DNA of 51,452 bases, the filler included, from Streblomastix strix (Eukaryota), in the NCBI GenBank assembly GCA_008636045.1. It is 3 parts of 3 records of this genome, joined end to end, with 100 filler letters (N's around TTAATTAATTAA, not from the genome) between each part and the next. Parts side by side here need not be neighbours in the genome. Positions count along the whole stretch, not along the records: positions 1 to 17,093 come from SNRW01000727.1; positions 17,194 to 34,280 come from SNRW01000728.1; 1 more part is not named here. One strand, 5' to 3'. The translations under genes were made by a program, and so were the position numbers. The notes under the pieces are model-generated. The model searched no databases and was not told the DNA's origin. It saw nothing but the letters and a program-made list of their open reading frames with translations. Numbering within the stretch: the first letter of the stretch is position 1; every line of letters begins with the position of its first letter. Shown here piece by piece: positions 15,001 through 28,100 of this stretch.

Positions 15001-17093
15001 GCTAGAATCTATTTAATAATTTATTAATAAAATGATAATGATTATTAGTTTTACTTTATATTATTCTTATTTCAATATTATTATATTTTCCTTATAAAGT
15101 CAACACCAATTATATTTATTTTGTCTACTGGAGCTGATCCAACTTAATTATTTGTAAGATATGCTAAATCATAAGGTAAGATTAAAATATTATTAATAAA
15201 ACATTATTATTATTAACTATTTATTCATAATTGATTATATTTGACAGGAATGGAAGATAAATTATAATTGTTATCATTAGGATAAGGTTAAGGTCCAATA
15301 GCTGTTTCTATGCTTAAAGAAGCCACCACAAAAGGAAACTGGGTCTTTTTATAGGTACTATAATATGCTTTATAGAATATTAATATAAAATTGGTAATAT
15401 TATAAAATATATATTAGAATTATTTACAATATTCATTTATTATATATATTAATATTAATAGAATTGTCATCTTGCTGCGTCTTGGATGCCTGAACTTGAA
15501 AGAATATGCCTTTCATATCAAGTATAACATATTTAGGATGATTATTCAATAAATAATTAATTGTATAATCTTATCTATTTACTTTTATATTTGTGTTTTA
15601 TTTAAATTTCAGGTCCCAGAAACATCACCACAACATAAAGATTTCAGATTATGGTTATCAGCAATGCCTACTTCTGCATTTCCAATCGCTGTATTACAAA
15701 ATGGAATTAAATTAACAAATGAACCACCAAAGGGTATTAGGAATAATGTGTTGAGGTATTAATTTGAGAATATTAATAATAATAGTTTAATACGATAAAT
15801 AATAATAGTTTAATATACAATATTATTAAATATATATATAATTTTTATATTATTTTTCTTTTCTAATCATATTCATTTTTATTTTAGATCACTTCGTACC
15901 ATCTCAAATGAACTATATGAAGGTGCATGTCCAAAGAGAACTTATTTTTGGAGAAGAATACTTTTTGGATTGGCTTTCTTCCATTCATTAGTTTAGGTAT
16001 ATAATAATATAATAATAATATTTTATAAATGAAAATAATTAATCAATTATAATAAATATTATTTATATTTTTTATATTAATTAATTTTCTTACAAACAGG
16101 AAAGAAGAAAATATGGACCATTAGGATGGAATATTGTATATGAATTCAGTGATAGTGATTTTGAAGTATGTAATAATTAATACAAAGAATAACATTGCTT
16201 TATTTAAATAATAATAATTTAGTTATAATAAAAATAACAATAATTGATTGAAAGACGGATAAATTCATAATTTATCATTTTTTCTATATTTTTCTCACAT
16301 TTTTATTACATTATTTTAGGTTTCATGGTCTCATCTTAGAATGTATTTAAACCAATAAGCTGAATAAGTATGAATATAAATATAATAGAATCAATATAGC
16401 CTATATTATTATTATTAATAATAATTATTATACACTAGGATGAAGGATCGAGCGGAGTTGGAGGATAAGGAGATAAGAAAAAGAAGACAAAAGCATAAAC
16501 ATTGCAGACACCGTAACAATCAAATCAAAATAATTCACAGCCTAATTTAGAATAAGCAGAAACACCCAGAGATAATTCTCCAGGCAAAGATTAAAAAGAA
16601 ATCGATTAAAACACAATTAAAGAGAAAGATTAAGGATGTATATATAAATATATTATTATTATTAATTTATTAATTTATTAATTTATTAATATATATAAAT
16701 AGTAACTACAATACCATGGAAAGCACTCAAATATATGACTGGTGTAGTGAATTATGGAGGAAGAGTCACGGATGATTGGGATAAGAGGACATTAGCTGCT
16801 GGTATGTACTTATATGAATATATATAATATATATAATATATCTCCAATTAATATCTATTCAATATATCTTCATATATATCGTAGTACTTTCAAGGTTTTA
16901 TACAGAAGAAATAGCAAATAGAAAACCATTCAACCTTGGAGCTTCGCCTTAATAATCATCATCTTAATAAGCTTCTACTTCTAATGACATTAATTAATAA
17001 TAATTGACACCATAATTGATTAGAAGGCCATCAGTAGCATCGTCATAAATTACAATTGCAAATACTAATACTTAACAATAATCTTAATAATCT
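1..17093 (+). CDS. Axonemal dynein heavy chain, probably single-headed inner-arm (DNAH6-like); multi-intron, truncated at both ends
   Basis: With TAA/TAG=Gln: [10 protein letters not shown] (~7438), AAA1 GPAGTGKT (7921), [20 protein letters not shown]2 [15 protein letters not shown] (~8743-8787), [12 protein letters not shown]3 GETGVGKS (~9919), [13 protein letters not shown]4 GVGGCGKQS (~11077), stalk coiled coil, [55 protein letters not shown]. One 5568-bp exon (7423-12990); many short exons elsewhere. The subfamily call comes from remembered motifs, not a search. Confidence 0.97.
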
Positions 17094-17193
17094 NNNNNNN
17101 NNNNNNNNNNNNNNNNNNNNNNNNNNNNNNNNNNNNNTTAATTAATTAANNNNNNNNNNNNNNNNNNNNNNNNNNNNNNNNNNNNNNNNNNNN
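17094..17193. other. Artificial contig-joining spacer (44 N + TTAATTAATTAA + 44 N)
   Basis: Exactly 100 bp with a 12-mer that gives TAA in all six frames; identical spacer at 34281-34380. Confidence 0.97.
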
Positions 17194-17646
17194 CAATGAA
17201 AGATAGAACAATGAATAAACGGAGGATAGAACAATCATATACACAAAGATAAGAAAGGATGAGAGGGTTAAAGAGTTCAATATTAAGTAATTGAAGAGGA
17301 ATGACGTTTGTTGTGCGCATGGGGCGTTAAGGTTGTGGCTAATGGATAGTCATTGTGAAAAGAATGAGGAAGGGAGTATATGGTGGAATTTTTCGCACAA
17401 TAGGGCTTTGGGCAGTCTTGGCTGCAGTGGTGAGTTGAAGGAGTTGATTGTGTAAACAGGAATGGAAGATGAGTTCGGGAGGAATACAAAAGGCATTCAG
17501 TGATAACGAAAATAAGATAGGAATGTGCTTCTTTAGAGTAGGCTAATGAGTTTACTAGGTATGCACCGGGGTCGAGTGTAATGGATAGATTTTAAAACAA
17601 ACCAGAGAAGGCTGAAGATTAGGGTAACTTGTTGTTGATGGATTGA
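17194..17646 (+). pseudogene. Degenerate tyrosine recombinase C-terminus, DIRS/YR-element-like remnant
   Basis: Reads ...DVCCAHGALRLWLMDSHCEKNEEGSIWWNF...ELKELIVQTGMEDEFGRNT[1-nt frameshift ~17490]RHSVITKIRQECASLEQANEFTRYAPGSSVMDRFQNKPEK...TGA. This matches the YR box II layout (xxRHS...TRH...F-Y-xKP), with the second His read as Tyr (17560) and the nucleophile Tyr position read as TAA (17593). Intronless and less AT-rich than its flanks. Confidence 0.7.
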
Positions 17647-17884
17647 GGTCTGTTTATATATGGATGGGTGGTGGTGTTGATACATGGTTGTTGATGAGTA
17701 TTTATTAATATTTGTTGTGTTATATGGAGGGGTTGTATGAATAATATATGGAGGTGGAGGTTGTTATAATGGTGGGTGATCGGGAGTGAGACGGATGATA
17801 GAAGTTATGGATAATTGAGTGGAAGGAAATGGATTGTGGATTTGATGGTTGATCCATGAGCAACCTAATTTTAAATGACATATG

Positions 17885-18213
17885 TATCCAATAAAAACAG
17901 TGCTGGGGTTGATGGTGACTGGTTTGGATCAAACCCACTTGTTGGGTTTGAAACCGAACCGGAACCAATTAACTACAGCACTGCGTTTTGATGAAACTTA
18001 GAGTTTCTAACACCATGCAAATCAGAGCACCACGTCTGGACATGTGGGGTTGTCGTTTGATGGGAAGCTCATGATGGAATGTTATCATACGTAGTGGTTG
18101 TTTGATTTGTGACTCACTTCACTCAGTTTATATTATTCGAGGATCTGGACCATTTCATGCGTATATCCAATAAAAACAGTGCTGTGTTTGATTGGTTTTG
18201 GTTCGGTTTCAAA
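17885..18213. repeat. Foldback (imperfect ~86-bp palindrome) plus a third copy of the arm
   Basis: Hairpin 17898-17983 (cagtgctg...tcaaaccca-cttgt-tgggtttga...cagcactg). 21-bp exact direct repeat tatccaataaaaacagtgctg at 17885 and 18164. 18177-18213 is a near reverse complement of 17947-17983. Confidence 0.85.
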
Positions 18214-18920
18214 ATTTGAGTCAATTAATTTCTTTCTAGCTCTTGACTGTCTAATTTCATTATGATCTCGATAATCAATTAATATATTAATTTTTTTTAT
18301 GAATTAAACTTACAGCAAAAAATATGCTCAATTGTTACTGAAAAAAATATTATTTTGTCTGTTTTGGTTGCACAACATTTTACTCAGCATCTAATCATTA
18401 ATACGAGTAAAATTATTTGTTAGTAACTGCTGATTTTCCATTTATGATAATTACTTTGGTTTACAAATCTGACTAAATAATATTTTCACTAGAAAATTTT
18501 GATTTAAAATTGCAAAATGAAAACTTCAGCTTATTTACTTATTTATAGTTTTAAAATTTCATTTTTATACCAATTTCAATCATAAATATTTTTTTATTAT
18601 TATTTATAATTATAATACAGAAAAACTAAAATTTGATTTAACAAATCAAGCAATTTTTTTCTCAGTTAAAAATAATTTCATGTTTTAACCATTTATTTTG
18701 TTTTCGTTTATATAATATCAATTTTATTACACATGCATTCAAATTTATTTATTTTGCTTTTATAATATGGATTTTATTTCAAAATTGCAACGAAAACAAA
18801 CAAAATATCTAAAAAAAACTAAACATTAGCATTATTTTCAGAATTACATTCATTCTAAACAATTTAACTATTATATATTATATGGTATATATTTATTTTT
18901 ATTTATTTATTTCACATAAG

Positions 18921-21900
18921 ATGTCATTTTCAATATTGTTGATTTCTATCGTTATCCTTAGCGAAAGTTTTTCACTTTTACATTCCGAGACATCATAAAA
19001 ACATATTTCAACACCTTCACTTCACTTTGAAACCAACCTGTCACCATCTTGCAAGTCTTCAAACGAACCTTGCTCGTTCAACATAAGCAATAACTATAGC
19101 GGGTTAGATAATTCTACTTAGACCGCTAAAACCATTACATCTGCACTATCAATTGCCTGTTCTGATAGATACATCATCACATTGATGGATGCTACACACT
19201 TCGAATATATCAACATTAGTAAAACTTAATCTACACCAATTTCTATTACGGTTTATTTTTTAAATCAATTTTTTAAATTTTTTTATCTTCAATTTTTCTT
19301 TTATTTATTCATAATCTTAATTAGGGTGGAGCTACTTAGGATGAAAAGAGCATCAGAACATCATGGACAATTAGCGCATAATCTGACAATATAATCTATC
19401 TTAACAACGGCGAAGTAACACTTCATAATCTAGAATTCAACTACACAAAAATTAGTAGTACAATTTTGCCAGCAGTATGTCTTATTGAAGCTTCGGAATC
19501 AAGAGTATATTATAAAACACTTACAGTAACATCGTGTGTCTTCAACGGTCTTGGACTTGGGAGCAGTAACACTGTAAGAACGATGATCATTGCGTATTAT
19601 TTAGATTCATTAACTCTAAGAGATGATGTTTTCTAAAATGCGCATATTACTGAAAGTAGATATGCTGTCTACAGTGTTTCAAACAAGACAAAAACGTCAT
19701 TTTTTGTGGAAAGATCGCAATTCCTGAACATATAGATTGAATAAGCAACTGGATTAGGCGCTCTTGTAATAACACTTGCTGGTACAAACTAGACAGCATT
19801 TATCAATTAGTGCAACTTCACAAACTGTTCCTGCATTAGCCAGGATAGCATTTCTGGAGCTATTTATCTATCCTCTAATATATCTAGTGCCAGCTAGAAC
19901 TAGTATATAGTATCAAATAACATATTCATAGGCAACTCTGGACATGAGACTGGAGCTCTATATGCAACTGGTATCCCATCAAGAAATTCTTATGTCTCAA
20001 ACTAGTTCTCTGATAATAAGAAATATGGATCAGATCAACAAGGTTGCGATTCGTCAATGTTATGGCCTAGCTATACTGAAACACAAACAATAATAGAAGC
20101 TAGAGAGAAAGTAAGTAAATTGTTTGAGCCAAGTTAATCGATGAGCAATTTTAGTTTATATTTCAAATTTGTTGTTAACAGTGCTACTGATGTTGAAGGG
20201 TATGTTAATATTAATCCTACAATAGAGTTATGCAAGTCTAAAGAGTTAATAACCAGTAGCTGTATGTGTGATCCATATTCTACTTCATATTCACATGATC
20301 AATGTTTGAATGACAAAGTTTGTGTTGTGGATATAGTTAATTAGAATAATATAACGTGTCCATGTTTGAGCACTGGTGATCGAAGAGCTGGAAAAGGATA
20401 ATGTCCAGCATATTGTGTTAAAGGAAATGTGACTACAAATTGCACATGTGATTCGAATATAACTGGTTACACAGTTTAATAATGTTAATAGGAGAAGTTA
20501 TGCACATTCAATTTATCTAATCAAACAAATGCCACCTGCCCATGTTTAAATACTTCTGATCCAAGAGCTGGTAAAGGATAATGTCCAGCTTATTGTGTTA
20601 AAGGCAAAGTGGATTCCACTTGTGTATGTGATACAAACCTTACTGATTATACATTTTAGCAATGTCAAACCGAGAAGAAATGTATAACAGATTTGATTAA
20701 TCAGAATAATTTGTCTTGTCCATGTTTGTCAACTGGTGATCCTCGAGCTGGTAAAGGTACTTGTCCAGCTTATTGTACAGCTTAAGATAAGCCAACTACT
20801 GATTGTGTTTGTGATTCAGGTCCAAATGCAAGTTATCCTTATTCTACATGTTAATCGAATAAGAAATGCACTGCAAGCTCAAATTCTACAGTACCATAAG
20901 ATTCATGCACTTGTTCGAGTACAAATTATCCATCTGGTTGCAAATGTCCAACAGATTCATCACAACTGACCAATATTCCATAAAATAGATGTGAATGTCT
21001 AAAAACTGGAGATCCCAGAGCAAATGGAATCTGCCCAGCATATTGTGTGAAAGGATAAGTAACTGCTAATTGTGAATGTGACACAAACTCTTCTTCATTT
21101 CCTTTATCCAATTGTCAAACTGAGAAGAAATGTATAACAGATTTGATTAATTAAAATAATATAACTTGCCCATGTTTGAGCACTGGCGATCCTCGAGCTG
21201 GAAATGATTAGTGTCCAGCTTATTGTGTTAAAGGATAAGTAACAACAAATTGTACATGCAATACAAATACACCTGGTTATACTGTTGATTAATGCCAGAA
21301 AGAGAAGTTATGTGTTATAGATCTAATTAATTAAGCTAATACAACGTGTCCGTGCCTTCCTACTGGAGATCCAAGAGCTGGAAAAGGATAATGTCCAGCA
21401 TACTGTATTAAAAATCAAGTTAATTAATCATGCGTGTGTGATACAAATATTCCAGGTTATACAGTAGCTCAATGTCAGACTGAAATTAAATGCAAATTTG
21501 ATTTGGCTAATCAAACAAATGCCACCTGTCCATGTTTAAATACTGGAGATCCTAGAGCTGGAAAAGGATAATGTCCAGCTTATTGCACATCCAAAGATTA
21601 ACCATCTTCGAACTGTGCATGTGATATTAATTCATCTTCATATCCTCCATCTTCATGTTAATCAGAAAAGAAATGCAATGTTAGTTCAAGTTCAACAGTT
21701 ACAAAAGATTCATGCACATGTTCTGGATCAAATCATCCAACTGGTTGTAGATGTCCATCTGAGACTACACAACTAACTGGAATTCCAATAAATCAATGTG
21801 AATGTTTATCATCAGGTGATCCAAGAGCTGGAAGTACATGTCCAGCATATTGCTTGAATGGATAAGTTAATACAAGTTGTGTTTGTGATTCAAATAATGC

Positions 21901-24433
21901 TTCTTTCCCTTATACAACTTGCGAAAGAGATAAAGCTTGCACCATCAATTTAGTTAATTAAAGTAATATAACATGCCCATGTTTGAGCACGGGTGATCCA
22001 AGAGCTGGATTAGGTCAATGCCCAGCATACTGTATTAAAGGATATGCAAACACAACATGTGCATGCGATACTGGTTCAACATCTTACCCAGCTGCTTAAT
22101 GTTAGAAAGATAAACTCTGTATAACAGATTTATTACATTAAAATATAACTGACTGTCCTTGCATGACATAAAGCGATCCAAGAGCTGGCGGTATTTGCCC
22201 AGCTTATTGCACATCAAAAGATGAACTTACTCTCAAATGTGTTTGTGAATTAGGATCTACCATATATCCATAAGCAACATGCGAGAGAGATAAATTATGC
22301 GTTGTAGATTTAATTCATCAATCAACTGCTAACTGTCCATGTCTAGAATTTAATGATCCAAGAGGTGAATCAGTTTGCAAATAAACAGAAATTGATCCAA
22401 CTGATCCTATAATTCCTGATCCATCTGAAAAAGATCCCGAAACTGAATAAGAATAAGAAGGTGGAACAAAATAAGATGATGAAAAAAAGACTGAAAAAGA
22501 AGAATCAAGTTCTTCGAGCTTGATTTGGATTATTTTCATTGTTATTGGAATAATAGCCATAGTTGCAATTATTGTTATCGCATTGTTCATCTTTAGATCG
22601 AGAAATCAGAAGAAATAAATGGAAATAAAAAAGAAAAATCAAGAAATTCAGATGGAAGTAAAAGAAAGAATAATAGAAGTTGAAAAGCAGAAAATATTAA
22701 ACCCAAAGAATTAATAGTTTTAAATTCGTCAAATTTCTCAATTATAACAGAAAAAATAATAATCTGCATCTTCATCTTCTTCTTCTTCTAAATAAGAATA
22801 AATTTAACCTCAAACTATTTCTCAATCCGAAACATCTTCAACTTCTGCTTCATAACCACAATAAGAAACACATCTCATTCCTGATCTATCTTAATCACTG
22901 ATGTCAATATCATCTTCAATGATATCTTTATCTTCTTCAATGGATTCACTTTCTTAATCATTGAAATCAATATCTTCATAAAGTACATAAAGTAAACTCT
23001 CTGATTCAATGAGCTCGCTATCATCTTCTACTTATTCTACTGCTTCATTATAATCATCTGAGGATGAATAACTATTTATATCAAAACGATATAATCTGAC
23101 TGACAAGAAGAAATAATAAGAAGGATAAACTTAAATTAACACCAAAACTAAAAAGATAGATAATAAATTAAAAAAGAAAGATTCAAATAATAAACTAAAT
23201 AAATCTGAAAAGTAATCTGATTTGAATAAAGAAAAAGAAAAAGAAAGTGAATCAAAAAGAAGCTTATCTAAAGAGAAAGAATAAAAATTAAATCATTCAA
23301 AATCGAAGATCAGAAACAATGATGAAATTAAATCCAATAAAACAATAAAGAAAAAGAAGATGAATAAATCATAAAGTGAAACTCGTGAAAAAGAATAAAA
23401 AGATGAAATTGATGATAAAAACCCAATGAATAAATAAAAGAAATAGGACAAAAGTCGAACGAGAAGTAAATCAATGACAAATAAAGACAGGTTTATATTT
23501 TAATAAATCTTTTTATATAAATTGATTTAAATTTCAATGATTTCAATTATTTTTTTATTTATATTTAATCTTTCTATATTATTCTAGACCTGCCCAGAGT
23601 AGAACTAAAACCAGAAACAAAGTTCATTCAGTGAAAGACGATGATGAAGATTCCAGTTCTAGTTCCAGTGAAAGTTCAGATAATAGTAATGATTTTAAAG
23701 ATAAGAAAAAGCAAAATTCAAACAAAAAATCAAGAAAATCAAAATCTCATTCAACCTAATAAAAAAAGAGAAGTAATTCTAAAAAGAAATAAAATAAAAA
23801 AACGCATGATGATGAATCTGAAAGTTCTAGTGAATCTTCATCATATTCATCAACATCATCATAATCTTCATCTTCTTCATCATCATAATCTTCATCTTCA
23901 TCAATATCTTCTTCTTCTAAATCTCCTTCTAAATAATCTCGCCATAAACCAGTAATAAAACCCTTCTATAAATCAGCTGAATTGGATTAAAGCTTCAAAA
24001 CTGCATCAGAAAGTCATCGTGGGAGCATTAATGAAGCCGATTCCGAAAGTGTTGTGTCAATTTTGACATTGGGTGATTTGAATGAGAAAAGTTCAATTCA
24101 ATCGAGTAATGGTGGTTTAGATTAATCACAGGCATCTAGCTCATATCTGTGGGATATGTACAAGTAGTACATGGTGTGAAACAAATAATTTATTATTATG
24201 CTTAGATAAATGAATAATTTAAATGAATTTGAACGTTTTTTGTTTTATTTCAATTTTCTTATTTAATTTTTATTTTATTAATGATTGTCATATTTTAATG
24301 ATTTCAGCCATCAGATCAGAGATCTTAAAGTAATGTTGAGAGTATCAATACACGAGGAAGAAAAGATGCTGAATCACCAATCACATAAAATTCGATCAGC
24401 AGTTTTGAATCAGAAAAATAAGAAAATTAATGA
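18921..24433 (+). CDS. Type I membrane surface protein (~1735 aa): signal peptide, putative parallel beta-helix domain, Cys-rich repeat stalk, TM helix, long Ser/Lys-rich tail
   Basis: Exons 18921-19250, 19325-23490, 23588-24173, 24308-24433 (sum 5208, divisible by 3). Hydrophobic N-terminus MSFSILLISIVILS; FxNC/FxGNSG..GALY-type repeats; 11 CxCLxTGDPRAG..CPAYC units; TM LIWIIFIVIGIIAIVAIIVIALFIF (~22520-22594). Without the last intron the CDS ends at TGA 24179. Confidence 0.85.
20330..22380 (+). repeat. Coding tandem repeat: 11 Cys-rich ~60-aa units with an ~810-bp higher-order period
   Basis: (G/S/N)D(P/R)R anchors at 20375, 20555, 20735, 21008, 21185, 21365, 21545, 21815, 21992, 22172, 22352. 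Confidence 0.93.
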
Positions 24434-25118
24434 AGAATACTAAATTGTTGAATAGCTGCAATATTTTTTGAGATTTATAAAGACATATCTGAAACTGAAA
24501 TTGATTTAAATCAGTTGTTTGAATTTATTAATATTCCTAGTACACTTCACCTCTCTTTGTAGATTTCTATCTAGAGTTTGATTTTCTATTTTAAACGTCT
24601 TTTTTTTTCGTATCTTTTATTAGTCACATAATTTTATTTAATAGTAAATATAATAATTTAATATATTGATAAAATTTTAGTACTAAATGAACCAGTTATA
24701 TTTTTATCTTAGTTTGGTGCAATAAATGTTCATTCTTCAGATTATTATTCAAATTCAATATCAATGATACAACTTACAACACAGGTGAATAAAAGCAAAC
24801 TTCACTTTTATTTTCCCTTAAAACAATTCTTTACTTTGAAAGAGTTTGTTATTTATTTATTATTGTTGCAATATTCATACAAACTGTATATATATTATAT
24901 TTTGATAAAATATTTAACTTTTAATTCCTAAATCTAATAATAAACACTACTAAACAAAAAATATCAATTTCTCACCAATTTCATAATAAAAACCAAAATT
25001 TATTAATAAATTAATAATATTTAATAGCTACTCAAGTACATCATTCAATTTTAATCTATATTTACTACAATTTTACCTTGTTACCGACAATATTCATTTT
25101 TTATTTTTAAGAATTAAA

Positions 25119-28100
25119 ATGATTCCGCATCGTAGACCAATAGGTAATGTGAATTAGCAGTTTGAAGAACAGCGAAAGTTATTGAGCGATATTAAGAGAT
25201 AAATAGGTTTATATTAACATTTTTTTATTTTAAAAGTCGAGAAATTTTTTATTTTTATACCGTTGTATTGATTTTTAGAGTTCTATTTCTCAGACGAAAA
25301 TTTACCGCTAGATAAATACCTGAAGAATGAGATTAGCAAGGACCCTGAAGGATGTATGAGTTAATTACATTTGTTTCCAAAAATAATGCTAAATATTCAA
25401 TATATTTATTCAGGGGTGTAAATCGAAGTACTCCTGACATTCCCCAAATTAGCAGCCTTGACAGTGGACAGTGAAGTTGTTTCACTGGCGCTTGAAGATT
25501 CAAAGATGCTTTAGGTATCTGATGACAAAACAAAAGTGAAACGGATTGGAGAAGTTCAGAGTTTTGAGGAATATGATCGTAGAAGTTTATATGCAGTATG
25601 CAAACTCTTGTTATGTTGTAAATTATTCTTTAATTAATAATTTAAATTCTGTTCTTTATATATGGAAAATGAAGAATGGTTTCCCTTTAGCTACTTAACG
25701 AGAAGAAATAGAGTTGCTATTTGGGAAGTTCGGGAAGATTGGAGCTGTGTTTCAACTTCGAGATATATATGAAGATCGCTTTAATGTATTTCACATTATT
25801 TTTTCAATAGTTATTTTAATTATAATGATTATTTATTATCAACCACAGGGCTGTGCACGAATTACCTATGCGCGCAGTGCTGATGCTGAAAGACTGCTTG
25901 CTTCTAAAGATCAACCAGATGTTAAATAGATGCTTGTTTTCACACCATAAAGGACTTTAGGTTAGAGGGATCCTGTTTAAATTATTGTCTAATCAAGGTA
26001 AGAAACTGATTATTATATATATATTGTTTTCATATATATTGTTTTATATTTTATATTTGATAACTGTTTTAACTTAGAAAAGAATATTATAGTGATGAAA
26101 ACAAGATCTAAAAATAGTAATTAAAGGATAGTATGCAAATTTGAATTGATTCATTGTCATAGTTATTTATTATTAACATTCTTAGATTGGACTTTGACAG
26201 ACAATATACCATCAATTATTGTAGATCGCCTTCCGCAGTCAACTGATGTTCAGAAGAGCCTTGAATAGATCTTCAAAACTTATATCCCACGAAGAATTGA
26301 TGTAAGAGGGCTGAGAACATCAAATGCTCGTGTTTATGCGTTTATCAGGTTTAAAACAGAAGACGAAGCATAAAAAGCTTTGGATGGAATTAATGCTGCA
26401 AATGCTTAAATAGGAGGGATTGTTATTCGTGCACGAAAATACCTGAAAAGCGAAGAAATGGAAAAGTTGAATATGAAACTCAAATCAGTATATATAAGAG
26501 TAGATTTCTTGCCAGATGAAACAACAGAACAAGAAATCAAAGGAATATTTCAAGCTCGCGCTCCAATCAAGAAGGTGGATATTATTGTTGCTCAGAAACA
26601 ATTTAAAAGATGCGCAGTTTTGACTTTTGATACAGCTGACCATGCAGAGAGAGAATTACTCCAAGTTCGAGAGAAAGAAAAGTTAAATGGAAGGATGAAA
26701 ATTAAAGGCACAGTTATTCGTATTCTTTTCTGCACGAAGTTTGAGTTTCAAAGACTGATGAACATAGAAATGGCTTCACGAGCAAATCTTACTCTCCACC
26801 CCATAATGGGAGCAGAAACTCCTGGGAAATTGATAATTGATGGTCTTCATCAATCAACAACAGAAGAAACACTACGAAATGAACTGGAGGATTTCAATCC
26901 AGGAAATATTACTTTCATTCTGAGAGGAACAAGAACAACTCGTGGAATTGCTGAAATTACTCTTCAGAACTTTGAAGAAGCTTAAAGAGCAGCAGAAGAA
27001 ATGAATATGAAAGAAATTGATGGATTACAAGTTCGTGCTTTTGCTGATGGAAATGCCTATGAAATTCGAAACAATAAAACGAGACCTGATCAAACAGATT
27101 CTTAAAGACCATCTTCAAAAGTCTTTCATGAAGAGAGTTAGAGAACTGTATTCATATGGAAAGTACCCGTGTCTGCCACTCTTGAAGAGATAAAAGATTC
27201 TTTTTCTGACCCAAAACCGTAACGCATTGTTCGTGTTGTTGATCGAAGCACAGGATTGTTCAGAGATTTTGCAAATGCCATTTTCAGTTCAGTTGCTGAC
27301 AGGGAAGTGAATTTAGTGAAGATGAAGAATGAAGTTGTAATTAAAGGGAGAAGATGTCGAATGAAGAGATTTGGAGATAGGAGTGAAGAAAAGAATGTTG
27401 GAGGATTATAAGGAATGAGAACTAATGAAAGAAATGTTCAACAATCAGAAAAACTCCACATTGCAAATATTCCACCAAATATAACTGCATTTGCACTTAA
27501 GGACGCTTTCTCAAAATTTGATGGTGAAGTATAAATATAAATTGTAACAGATATTAGAACTGGACGTTCACGTGGGTTTGGATTTGCAACTTTCCATACA
27601 GTGGATTAAGCCAGAAATGCTTTGCAGAATCTGAATGGCAAATGCATTGCTGGAGGAAGTTCAGGATTGATACTGTCTTTTGCTCGTTCATCCATGGGCA
27701 CGAATGCGAAGCTGCATGTTTCAAATATTCCTCCAAATGTAACTGAGAAATAATTGATGGATATATTTAGGAATTATAGAGTGAAAGCTGTTAATTTTCT
27801 CCCATAAAGGAACAATAAATTTAATTCTATGGCTGGACGCACTTCTATGAAGACCAGAGCTGCATTTGTCATCCTCGAGGAAGAAAGATTTATAGATTAA
27901 GCCGTTTAAGATATCAATAACAAACCTATTGGAGGATTTATGCTGAATGTGAAAAAAGCACTTTCAAATGAAGAAAAGTTGCAAAGAAAGAGCGAATTCT
28001 GGAAGATGATCAAATAGAAGAGTGTCAACATAGATGATTTGGAGAAAGAAGTGAACTAGTTGTAATAGAAAGTATAGGATATGCTGATATCTGCACAAAA

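Noticed and set aside
16660..16690. (ttattaat)n short tandem repeat and other AT microsatellites
   Set aside because: Ordinary low-complexity intronic sequence.
17138..17149. TTAATTAATTAA palindrome within N runs (also 34325-34336)
   Set aside because: Synthetic six-frame-stop linker, not biological. Adjacency across the gaps cannot be interpreted.
20330..22380. Regularly spaced repeats as a possible CRISPR array
   Set aside because: The units are in-frame, degenerate at synonymous positions and lack unique spacers. This is a protein repeat in a eukaryotic gene.
24177..24179. TGA as the end of the Cys-repeat protein
   Set aside because: It lies just inside a plausible phase-0 intron (24174-24307) followed by an open 42-codon exon, so 24433 was preferred. 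Needs RNA-seq.
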